A stretch of 64,000 nt of DNA, taken from Tubulanus polymorphus (taxonomy: Eukaryota > Animalia > Nemertea). The notes under the pieces were generated by a model that searched no databases, was not told the DNA's origin, and was given only the letters and a program-made list of their open reading frames with translations. Position numbers and translations under genes: made by a program. Where the stretch lies: contig NC_134025.1 of assembly GCF_964204645.1 (NCBI RefSeq), positions 28,004,299 through 28,068,298 on the forward strand. The letters are read 5' to 3'. Shown piece after piece: positions 48,503 to 64,000 of the stretch (position 1 is the first letter of the stretch; the number at the start of each line of letters is the position of its first letter).

Positions 48503-51500
48503 TCACATATATTTGTTGCGGACATACTGTTGGTATAATGCCATGTTTCTTTTGCTAGGATTCTTTGGTCCATTAATTCCGATCATTAAATAGTCATTAT
48601 AAACATCCTTTGATTGTCTCGATACGGTCGGTGGGGTGACATGATATATGCTATCCATTGGAAATGTACTTTTGTGGATTCTGCAAATATAGAAATGATA
48701 TTTTCTTCAATTAGTTATTGACCTGGGGTTTATATTATTCACCATTATTTGTCTGATATTACTCACAATGTGGTTCCCTTTGAAGCAACTTTTTTCCCGT
48801 TTCTTTCTTCAGGTTCCACGACGGCACTTACACCAATCTGATAATGTCTTTTATAGAGGATGACGTCTTGTTTATGCGGCTCTGCTATTTCCACTCCATA
48901 CGTTTCCTTCATCGTCGGGAACAAATCCTAGAAAAAAAATTTAATTTAATTAAAATATTGATTTTAACAATAAAAGTCGTTGGATATCGTAGAAACTTGT
49001 CCCACCTTTAATGATATGTAACCTGCGGGAGATGCAGTCTTGTCTGGGAGCCAATCATTAGGAATATCTATATCCCCCTCTACATCGGACTCAGCACTGC
49101 TACTTGTGCTTCCATCAGATCCTTGAGATGTAAGACTCTCCTTACCGGATAGATTAGGGTTAACTTCAACAGGTCCACCACTAAAAACAATGAAGATTAA
49201 TATTCATTCAGATCAGAACTGATAAATTCATCAGAAAACTGAAGTGCTTCAAGAATATTTTTTCGAAATTTAAAAGCAAGAAAAGATCAAACAGTTTCAT
49301 TGTGCCTTATTAGAATGAAAAGAAACCAATCACCAAAGGGACCATTCTTAAAGTAACTACACAATTGCAGTCAATTGAAATTCAGATGCACAATTTTGCG
49401 TGTGTACTTTAACAGTCCCTTGTACACAGATTCCGAAACCCAAGTGCACTTCATTCAATAACAAAACAAACGATCATATCAGGATATTACTTTGAAAAAA
49501 GAATTTGCATATTGTAGGTAGAACTATTACCGGATGTATATTCATAATGCAGGATCGGTTTAAAACTTTGAAACAAATATCTATAACCATTTGAAAAAGA
49601 TGCAAATACTGAATACACAAGCGAACTAACATACTACAAAATACGTCATGCTGTAAGCTTATAGTCACTGCATTAGTAAAACCAGTTTCAACAAGATCTG
49701 GTTGTATCTAGATACAGCAAAAATAACAAACCTAAATACACTCGTAGCCAGTAAACTCATGTAAGCATAATATCTGCAGAAACCACAAAATGTACATAAT
49801 ATAATCATAATTAACTAAGGATTAATACCGGGTTGAATATAAGTCAAATAAAAAACATAGGTTACGATTCGAACTGAAGGAGAAAACAAATTTTAATCAC
49901 GTCGAGATCGTAATTGATTTACGCTCTTTATCTGACTAGTGCTAACATCATACATTTATGTGATATAGATTAAACATGAATAAGTGTTTGATATTTTGTT
50001 AAAACAAGTAATCTATGAACATTCATCATATTCGTGCAGTGATATATATATATATATATATTCAAACCCTTACCCTGTCTCCTCCTGTCTCCTACCGGGT
50101 TGAGCTCGCACCGCAAATGGACTTTCATCAAGAGAATACTTGGGCTTAAAATCCCTAAAAAATTTTCATTGCTTATAATTAGTAACAGTATAAAGAGAAT
50201 GTTGGGTGTGTTCTATAAACGAGGTCTAGTACTTGACGAGTGAAACAAACCTAATGGAAGACGTCATATGACAGCAATATAGATCTTTCAATGTTGTCAG
50301 TTCATACGGTTTATAATAATCCCAGAATTGATTCACTCTTTCATCATCTTTATGCGCGTGAATTAAAAGCTGTACATTTTCTGCGCTCTTGTTGGCTAGA
50401 ATCATACATACATACATACATACATACATATAGAAAACTATGATTATTCGATAACAAAAAACTGTTGACCTCTTTACTTAATGAATATGATATCAAAAAG
50501 ATAAGAATGGAAATCCATGACCAACAGTTTATTAAGTGCAGCTACATTATACATACTCTCTTCAGCGGACCAAGGCAATGATTCAATTGATTCTTCATCC
50601 CACCATTGTGAATATCTATAAAAATAATCAATTACTTTCTTCGCGATCATTATAGATAAAACTTCAAGCTGGGTGAACACCTAATGCTGCCGGAACTCAC
50701 AGTTTTCGAGATTTAGGTAATTTTCCCATGGCTGCAGGATTATGTAAGTAATAATCCGTAGATAATTCCCAGATATTCTGCTTCATATGCTTTGGATCGA
50801 ATATGCCGAGGAATAAGTTGATCGCTTGTTGTTTGTCAGAGTCTGAAATTTGAAAAAAAAATTTTAGTTTAGTCTTAAAGTTTATTTCTTTGATATGTTT
50901 TCAATTCATTTTGATGCTAATAAATGTTTCTATCACCTCCGAATGTGTTACTGTAATAACGAGACAGCGTTTGCATGATATCTCTTGAATGAGACGTCCA
51001 CGGAGCTATTTTTCGATATGTCTGTATTCTATGAACGAGTTGTGAACCTCCGTATTGTAAAGCCAACGTGTCACCTTGATCTTCATATAACTCCTCTAAC
51101 ATACGAACGCAATCAGTGTCGAATTCTAGTGATGGACTTTTCAAAATTCCTAGAGCATGCAACTGAAAGAAAACGTTAAAATCCACACAAGATTTATGAT
51201 TTGAAGGTTTTAAAATGATTTTTCATCAATTTATTATTTCATTCAGACAATACGTTCAGCTAACCTGAAATGCCAGAGCACATTTTCCAATCGCAAACTG
51301 CGCTGTATTTGTTCTATCCAAACAATCGACACAATTTGTTCTAATAACACCGTGTTGTCTTCGAATGGTTTCCGAGAATCCTAAACCCGCACATCTGTCA
51401 AAGAGGCATGAAATAATAGTTTATACAAGATTGAAAAACCTCCTTTAATACATACTCTATTCAGTGGATGATACACACTTGAGATTAGGAGAGATTTTCT

Positions 51501-54224
51501 GACAATACAGATCCGGAGATGTGTGAAAGAATCCAACTTTCTTCACACAAATTTCAGCGATATCAGCAAGACGAGACAGAACATTCGCATTTTTACTGAA
51601 ATTGAAATTTTCATTCATAAGAAATTCGTGAAGTCAGATACCAGTACGTCAATAAGCAATGTTTCTAAACAAACCTTTTATTTAGTCTTGCCATATCGAA
51701 TCCTATATACTGTATACAATGTTCAGGAGGAAGAAACTGGTTGAGGTATTGTATCGCATTTCTGTATTGTTCAGTCAATGTACTTTCTTGTTTCTTCTTC
51801 TCTCTTTTCTAAAGTTAGCAAGAATATGATATCATTAATAAGATATTCTTTGAAGAGATCGTTGAAGTATTGTGGCAAATGTGGATAAACCTGTAAAATG
51901 TATCAAAAGCAAGTACCTTGACTAGATTGAGAACAATAATCGGAGCACCATAATTTCTAATGACTTCATTGAAATGTTTGCCAGCGATAACAGCATATGG
52001 ATCACCCAGGTCCACTACACAAAACAATGGTAAACTTAATAACAAATTCAACAATGACATCATCAAGCCAAATTATTGTTTTTTGTTTCATATGTTTTTA
52101 CTCACTGACAATAGTAGGTTTTGGCACCATTTTTGATACATCTTGAGACCAGAATAAAGGCACTGAACCTCTCACTTGAACAAACGACGTGAATTTACAT
52201 TTATCAGATATCAACGTGGACGCATCTTGCAAAATTTGTTCTGTTTCAACTTCATTCGCAGTTTGACCCTTTAAAAACATATTGCTTCAAATGAATATGC
52301 CTATTTTCAGCAATAAGCCATTGGGGAAAAAAACTTAAAAAATTACATTAATATCATGGTATATACATTATATCAATATTATTACCTTGCAGTTAGCCCC
52401 TCTCTTCAAGAATCTAGTGCCAGCAAATAGATTTGATCGACGGGCTATGACAGTTAAATAAAGCGGCTTGTTATACACATTTATATCTGATAACAGTTAA
52501 GTAATCTTAAACAACAGACATGTTTTCATACCGGTACTTCTTTGAAAACAATCTCGTTTAAAGGATACTGGATTGTCCAAAAAATCCATGAATTATGTAG
52601 AGAATCCAATCAGAATGAACTACATTCTCAAAGTTTCTCAACAAGTAATTATTCCAGACAAATTTTCGGTTGGCTTTATTTCTTAAGCCGAATAACATTT
52701 CTGATTCATCTGAAAGAAAAAGAAAAAATTCAAGCTAATAAATTAGGGGATGAAATATGATATCTAAGACGATATTATATACAGTACAAACGAAAAGATT
52801 GAATACCATGCTTAATGGGACTAGTGACGGGTGACTCAGCTGGGATATCAGAATCTTCGCCCGATAGATCAATGATACTGTCAAAACCTGTGAAACTTTT
52901 ACTAGCATCCTCTATACCACCTCCATCATCTGATTTCACTTTATCATGAACAGCTGGAAAACAATAGACCAGATATTGTTGAGTAAATAATGAAGGATTT
53001 AAGTATGAAATAAGAGCCATAAATGTATTTAATATACCCGTACCAATATTTTTTTTACTTGTCTGCCATAACTTTAAGAAATCACTGTCTTTTGTTTTAG
53101 CGGAATATTTTTCCGCGAGTCCAGCAGCTGGGGTCATGTTATATTGTAACGTGTGCGTCACATCATAACTATAACTGAAATCATGACAACAAATTGATAA
53201 TGCAGCCAGAGATTCAGTTTTAATACATTCACTGTCGCTGACCCACAAGAACCTTTGGATCCACGCCTGCTGGCTATCTTCCTATTAGTAAATAGTACAA
53301 ACCTGTAGTAGAAATTGCTTGACAAATCCACATTTTGAAACATTTTCACATATCTGAAAAAAATGTATGAATTTAATTAAATCAGAGCTTTATATCGGAC
53401 TGTATAGTGAGTATGAGAGAACTTACTTTGATTCATCTGGATGATTATATCCAGCTGAATCATTAGGAATGTATACCATACTTGTGTCTTCAATTTTATA
53501 GATCGTATGAGCACCAATCAAAGCGATCTTCCTACGTTTCGTGATCAGAATAATGTAATATCCTTGTAGAAATCGGACGAACCCTGCGAAAATTAAACAA
53601 AATTAGTGATCATCGTAATGAAACTTTGATTGGAATGTGTCATTTGTTACACAAGAAATGTAACTTACCGACGATACCAAAAGCTGACACCGTACGGAAT
53701 AATCCGGCTGTCGTCCTCATTTGTTTCGATCGATTTCCGAAATCAATCATCATCAACATATCACGGATTTGTCTTTGCGTATATTCCACGTCATCGTTGA
53801 CGATATTCAAACGTTTCGGTTCAGTGCGATCGATTTTTAATACTCTGAAAACCGTTTCTGTGTTGTTCGATCCAACGATGAAAAATCTCTATTGAGTAAA
53901 AAAAGAAAGAAATATGTAATTATAACTGTCAGTACGAATGATATCACAAAGATGATGAATTCAGGTGTACTGAATCATAATCGATCTCTATAAAAGTGTT
54001 GAGTGACGCCTGAGTTAGGGAGTATGAAGTGAGATCTGAAGGAAAGAGCAAGAAAGAAGCAGCAACCAAAAGGCAAGAAGGTCCAAGGAAACAACTTGAG
54101 TTGAAAGGTTCTCACGTATAATTCTTTATTCAGGCTTAAAAACAAATTGCCAAATTTTACTTACTGCTTTGGTTTCATACAGCACTATTTTCTGAACGGC
54201 GTTGATATAGGGAACTTGATTCAT
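48503..54224 (-). CDS. FIG4: Polyphosphoinositide phosphatase FIG4 (Sac3), multi-exon
   Basis: Starts [28 protein letters not shown]; SAC motifs [56 protein letters not shown]; catalytic [12 protein letters not shown]; [11 protein letters not shown]; ends [11 protein letters not shown]. Junctions checked were phase-consistent. Confidence 0.96.
49732..49773 (-). CDS. Candidate 42-nt cassette microexon of FIG4
   Basis: Acceptor TTTTGTGGTTTCTGCAG, donor TAG|GTTTGT, length a multiple of 3, stop-free in the required phase-2 frame ([15 protein letters not shown]). Confidence 0.5.
   Translation of the reverse strand: MLCLHEFTGYECI
50403..50430. repeat. (CATA)n microsatellite in FIG4 intron
   Basis: About seven CATA units; explains the MYVCMYVCM artefact ORF. 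Confidence 0.85.
52487..52568 (-). other. U12-type GT-AG intron in FIG4
   Basis: Minus-strand 5' splice site GTATCCTTT, branch TTACTTAAC (52496-52504) close to the AG; joins [25 protein letters not shown]. Confidence 0.9.
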
Positions 54225-54512
54225 TTTCTATCTGAGCCAAATTATTTGCTAGATTATTGGCTTATTGACAAAATAATATTAACTCGATCGACGACCTTGA
54301 GCCCGTATATCTACCACTGGCTCGGTTTTTTGACCGGTCTGTAGTCCGAGTTCTTTTCCGCAAGTGAATTAACTCTGTGTTTGACCACTAGGTGACGCCA
54401 AAATTCAGGAAGTCTACTGCGTCGAACTGTCAAAAAATAATTTTTTTTGAGGCCTCCTCAAAAACGCCACCAAAATGCTATTTTGAAGTAATTCACAATC
54501 GAAAACATTAAA
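54225..54512. promoter_or_regulatory. Bidirectional promoter between FIG4 and Rab39
   Basis: Only 288 bp between the divergent ATGs; CTCF-like TGACCACTAGGTGACGCCA (54382-54400) and ETS-like CAGGAAGT (54406-54413). Confidence 0.7.
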
Positions 54513-55325
54513 ATGGTCGAACCTATCTTTGATTATCAGTTTAGACTGATACTGATCGGTGATAGTACAGTCGGAAAGTCGTCGTTATTGAAGTATTTTA
54601 CTGATGGTAAATTTGCTGAAGTTTGCGACCCAACAGTCGGTGTAGACTTTTTTGCTCGGTTGATAGAACTGAAAAATGGTGTACGAGTGAAGTTACAGTT
54701 GTGGGATACAGCTGGGCAGGAACGATTTAGGTAACCGTCATTCTTCATCAGTGCTGCGCAAGTCAAAATGAGGTTGCAAAGCTTCACCTACCTTTCTTTA
54801 ATTAAATTGTGAATCTTGGAATCAATTGCCTTGTTTCTGCTGAATTAGGCAATGAACTATTATTCTGTAACTTTATTTCTGATCTTCTTTTTCAGATCAA
54901 TTACAAAGTCATATTATCGGAATTCTGTCGGAGCATTGTTAGTTTTTGATATTGCTAAACGTAGCAGTTTTAACCATATCGGGGACTGGTTAACCGAAGC
55001 TAAATTCCATATTGAGCCACACAAAGCTGTTTATTTGATAGTTGGTCATAAAGCTGATATGGAAGATGACCGGAAGGTCACCTACAAGGAGGGTAAAAGT
55101 TTGGCAGAACAGCATGGATTGAGTTACATCGAAACTTCAGCTGTGACGGGCCAAAATGTAGAAGAGTCTTTCTTACGTGTAACTCAAGAGGTTTATGACC
55201 TTATGGAAGCGGGGAAAATTCAAATCGAAGATGGTTGGGATGGGGTAAAGAATGGTTATTCTAGACCTAGAGAGACATTTCATTTACAAGAAGGTGAACC
55301 CGAAAGTGGAGGTTGTTGTGGATAA
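54513..55325 (+). CDS. RAB39: Ras-related small GTPase Rab39
   Basis: Exons 54513-54730 and 54896-55325; [69 protein letters not shown]; C-terminal CC prenylation motif (GGCCG*). Confidence 0.95.
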
Positions 55326-57140
55326 GTTTATAGTTTTAAGATTAGTTCAACTGAAGAATCAGATCTTCACTCTTCTTGTGCTATTATGATATTCCTCGAT
55401 AATAATAGTTGTTGTTAATGTAATTGCCAAAATTAATATAAGGATGTTGTCTATTGAGCTATTCATGACTAAACATTGTTTTCACTTGGTTCAGTTCTCG
55501 TCACATTATCTCAATTATCTCACAAATATGATACCGGTTTGGATTATGCACTTATATTCTGTTAATTTTTCCCATTCAATTTATTATTATTGTCAGCCTT
55601 GAAGATCATTCAAAAAGCTTCCATGCGATGATGCATGTTTCAGCTGCTAAACTTAGCATTATATCAACCGAATTTGCGCTGTGATTTTGATTCCTATCGG
55701 TAGGCAGTGTGTACCCCCTATTTCTTTATATCTTCCACACATTTTAAGTGAATTTTATGGATCTTTTTTTAAGAGATTTCCGGTACCTGGCAATGTTATC
55801 TCAGATCTGATATTTTTTCGTCTTGTGTACATATGTATATATTTGTTTGAATTGCATTTCTAACCTGAACTAAAAACCTGAATTTTAAAAAATACAGAAG
55901 GCTGTATACCTCAGTAGTCCCTCAGTAGTATACCTCAGTAGTTTCAATGTCATAGAATTAAATCAGAGTACCCTTTAGCTCAGTCAAAATTCGATGGTCT
56001 CAATAATTCCAATGTAAGTAGAGTCTACTGTTTTTATGATATCACTCACAAATTCTTTGTTATCACAATAAGCTGCATTTATAATTATTCACGAGCGATA
56101 TCAGAATTTCAAAATAATCTTATAATCTTTCTGATAATAGGAAAATGGAATGTTCAACAGCCTATGAATTATGTTATGGTATTAATTTGTAAATAGAAGT
56201 GTGCTTAACTATTATTTATTTCATGCATTTATTTATTTATAGTCATTGAAGTTGAATTTGAATAAATGCACTATTAGAATATAATGATATTGGCACACTG
56301 TGTAAGATTCATTTGTATATATATATTCATACATATATGTGTATATTATCATAACTTTCAGTACGTTTATTTCAGACTATGCTGATATTTAAAGACTTTT
56401 TGCTAAATTTGATAGATTGCAAGTAATTTTATACTTTAGCTTCTAACGATGTGTTATTTTTTATCATAATCAAAATGTGTTTCTAGTCATAGAAATTATT
56501 TTCCCAATAATGAACAAACAATATTTATAATTTTGGAGTGAAATTTCAGATTAACTTTAGTGACCCATGTTTTATATTATTGGTTATTATTAAAGAAATA
56601 TTTCCTTTCTTATCTGAACACGCCAAATGTTTACCGCTAATTTTGTGAAGCTAAACAATAGTCTAATATGAATCAATGCTTCCAATCATGTTCAGCATAA
56701 TGGCGTGGGTTTTAACCATTTAATGTCATGTATGAATGGTAATGCTTTTTGACATTAACAGCTTCAAACGCTTGTGTATCATCGATGTGAGGACTTAGAT
56801 CAATTGAAGAAAGTGAAGACACTGATCATTTTAGCTTAGTGTATGATTGATGTTGCTTTGCGTTGTCGAATTGCGAAGTGAGAGATAACAAAATAAAAAG
56901 TTGAATGAATAATTTTGGTTTTCAGCTTATTTGTCTGGACATGGAATTATTCATCTCATTGATTCGATTCGTTTGGCCTGTGTGTGTTATATCGTGCGTA
57001 GCCCGACGGAGCCATCCTACCTTTTCTCCAGGCACTTCGTCACCGAAATTCTCAAGGTCGCTGCCCTTGTTTTGTTCATTTGACAGATATATAAATTTTT
57101 TCGAATCGATGGACCTTCTTTTGTGTTAAATCGATAAGAG

Positions 57141-61651
<4,511 letters not shown>

Positions 61652-62185
61652 AAACCTGTATAATTAAAGAAATGCGCAATGTTACTAGTCAGCGTCAGCG
61701 AATGTAAATATCATGGTAGATAAGTTTTGACCATTGGAGTGGTATTCTCCACTCGGTATTTTCCATGAAAAAATTGTTTTGTTGTTTTTCATAAAATATC
61801 ATCATTATATTGTAAATTTTGTTTGGTCATGTGTAAAAAGGTTATTTTATAGACTGTTGAATTAAAAAGTAGAAATATGTATGTGTTGTAGAACTTAATT
61901 CTTCGATTTAGATTTTCCACTAGTAACATCTGTGGCTTGTTAGAAATGAATTTGAATCACTGGAAAAATCATGCAATTAAAGATAATTATCTCAAAAGTA
62001 ATTATTCCTCGGTCAGAGGTTGTTTCGGAACATCGATAATATATTTAATGCTTATATTGTTAAAAATTATATTAAATTATGTTGTTGTACAAACATTTTA
62101 CAGTATTGATTCTGGCCATTAATAAAGGTCTGTTTTATATATCAAATTCATTGTATGAATGTAATGTTTGATGACTTGATCCATA

Positions 62186-62357
62186 CAGTGGAACCTTTTT
62201 ACATTGAACTTCAGGTTACCAGTAAATAGGTTCATTAAAACCAATTCATTGTATCCAGTACAGTGTGAAATAAGGTTTTCCGATTTGGGACGAAACTCTA
62301 GGTTCATTATAACCGATTAATCATTATATCCGAGATCGTTATAATGAGGTTCCACTG
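62186..62357. mobile_element. Tc1/mariner-pogo-type MITE (172 bp)
   Basis: Terminal inverted repeats CAGTGGAACCT...AGGTTCCACTG (imperfect match to about 25 bp), flanked by a TA target duplication (62184-62185, 62358-62359); no ORF. Confidence 0.85.
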
Positions 62358-62666
62358 TAGCCCTATCACCCCAGTGACATTACAATCGACTCTTATTATT
62401 CGATACTACCATATTTACTTTATTAGCATATATACATTATTCATATAAGCTTAACATTTCACATTAGACATAGAGTCATAATAGCAGATTTCTTACATGT
62501 GCAATAGACAAATACAAGTTTACTGGCCTCTGCTGTGTCTAGGATTCGTTATTGAAGTTTTGTTATATACAAGTTAGTTATAATGAAACTCACTGTATGT
62601 AAAGCCATACATACATACATACCGTTGATAAGTTATCTACGCATCTAAGGGAAGTAACAATGTCGT

Positions 62667-63881
62667 TTATGAGAATGAAACATCATACTGTGCATTCATA
62701 AAATTAGCAAAATCTGTTGTGTTACAGGCTTGTAAGCGTAATTGATCCATCTTACTGGACAGTAGCTTATCAAGATCATCAGGAGATGATAGCTCTACTG
62801 AATTATTCACTTTCATCGCGACTTCATCAACTAGCAATTTAGCGATCGTGTGGGTTAATTCAGCACAAATAACAGTTTTATCAATTTGCCAGTGGGTGTT
62901 CCACTTTTGGCCAAATGACAAATACACCAGAGGACTGGGTTTAGGTCCCTGTTGGCTTTGGTATAAACCCAGAGCTCTTTTAAATGATCGAAAGCAAAAT
63001 ACTTTAGTCGGTTCGCGTCGGTTTACTGAAGTTGCCTCATTTGTACAGCCTATACCAGCAAAAAAGACCTTACTGCGGCACAAACGATACACAAAGATGT
63101 CACATGTTTGACTATCAAAACAAACTACTAAACCTCGCCTCAAACCTTCAAGCGCTTTTTTAACATTCTGTAAGCCTGATTCCAACTGTGGGTCTACAAT
63201 TTCAGGAATATTTGGCAATATGATACAAACTGCATCAGATGGGCCATATAATTCAGTAGTGTTCTCGGCAGCAAATTCGTTTTCAACTTGAGAACAGATT
63301 CTCCACATATTACCAAAAAGATCCTCTGTCCTAACAGTTCCCCCTTTATACCTGATTTCTAAGGATAGTAAAGATTGGCAGCTTTGAGAGCAACTTTGGT
63401 CATTAACAATTTGATCATTACTTTGAATTGTAACATTGGTTAATGTTGGATTCCACTCTGCAACAGTTTCAGGGATTGTTACATTATGAGGAGAGTTGCT
63501 GTACCCTGGCTGAGTTTCCATTGGAATATTTTCTTGCTGATTTTGTTTTTCCTCATCAACGAATCGAAAATATTTGTGCAAATCATCTTCATCTGGTACT
63601 GGTAGTTCTTTGATATATTTGGATTTTCTTATGGCATTTCGAAACCGTGCCTTCATTTCTGAGATATTGATGTCGGAAATGTTCTTAGTTGCTGAACCTT
63701 TCAACAAACACCAATCTTTGAAAACCTTAGCATCTTTTGATTCGTTGTAGTCCGGTCTGCCTGCATGTACCCATCTAATACGAAATATTCTCTGATCTTC
63801 ATCAGACCATTCCAAACTGGGGCCATAGTTTCTGTCACACAATTTTTCTTCCAAAAACTGCACGAGATTTTGACGAGACAT
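62667..63881 (-). CDS. Interferon regulatory factor (IRF DNA-binding domain + IAD/SMAD-like domain), single coding exon as far as visible
   Basis: ATG at 63881 just after acceptor TTCTTATTTCAG (63888); LEW...IFRIRWVHAGR...DAKVFKDW...KARFRNAI DNA-binding domain; IAD motifs RGL, RLCRSKVF, KVF, VYLSFGQKW; C-terminal SVELSSPD. Confidence 0.92.
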   Translation of the reverse strand: MSRQNLVQFLEEKLCDRNYGPSLEWSDEDQRIFRIRWVHAGRPDYNESKDAKVFKDWCLLKGSATKNISDINISEMKARFRNAIRKSKYIKELPVPDEDDLHKYFRFVDEEKQNQQENIPMETQPGYSNSPHNVTIPETVAEWNPTLTNVTIQSNDQIVNDQSCSQSCQSLLSLEIRYKGGTVRTEDLFGNMWRICSQVENEFAAENTTELYGPSDAVCIILPNIPEIVDPQLESGLQNVKKALEGLRRGLVVCFDSQTCDIFVYRLCRSKVFFAGIGCTNEATSVNRREPTKVFCFRSFKRALGLYQSQQGPKPSPLVYLSFGQKWNTHWQIDKTVICAELTHTIAKLLVDEVAMKVNNSVELSSPDDLDKLLSSKMDQLRLQACNTTDFANFMNAQYDVSFS

Positions 63882-64000
63882 GATTTTCTGAAATAAGAAC
63901 AATAAATCTATCGATTAAAAATCCCGCAGTTTCTTACTTAAAAACACTACCCTCAACAGAATATATCATTACTAGTCAGCCACTGACTCGTCGGTGGCAA

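Overview
Eukaryotic (metazoan, most likely a compact-genome invertebrate) AT-rich genomic DNA with spliceosomal introns, so the ORF track mostly shows exon fragments. Eight protein-coding genes were reconstructed by hand from splice signals: (1) the 3' end of an obscurin/UNC-89-type giant muscle kinase (FN3/Ig/Ig-kinase1-Ig-FN3-kinase2; +, <1..7796); (2) an SLC10 Na+/bile-acid cotransporter-like gene (+); (3) after a ~16 kb non-coding stretch, a 9-exon CCAP/neuropeptide-S-type receptor (+); (4) a Golgi alpha-mannosidase II with an intron-free CDS (-); (5) FIG4 (-), head-to-head with (6) Rab39 (+); (7) DCAF6 (+); (8) a divergent IRF with an intron-free CDS (-). The most interesting structure is RNA-processing related. 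Read-through of the donor after kinase 1 gives a 211-codon alternative C-terminus ending in a transmembrane tail anchor, followed by its own AATAAA and three TGCATG (Rbfox) elements, i.e. a predicted membrane-tethered obscurin isoform. Also seen: a duplicated last exon with only synonymous substitutions, two U12 minor introns, a GC-AG intron, a candidate FIG4 microexon, and an intronic 73-bp-arm hairpin whose arm is perfectly complementary over 19 nt to the host 5'UTR. No database searches were run; family assignments rest on recognised motifs.
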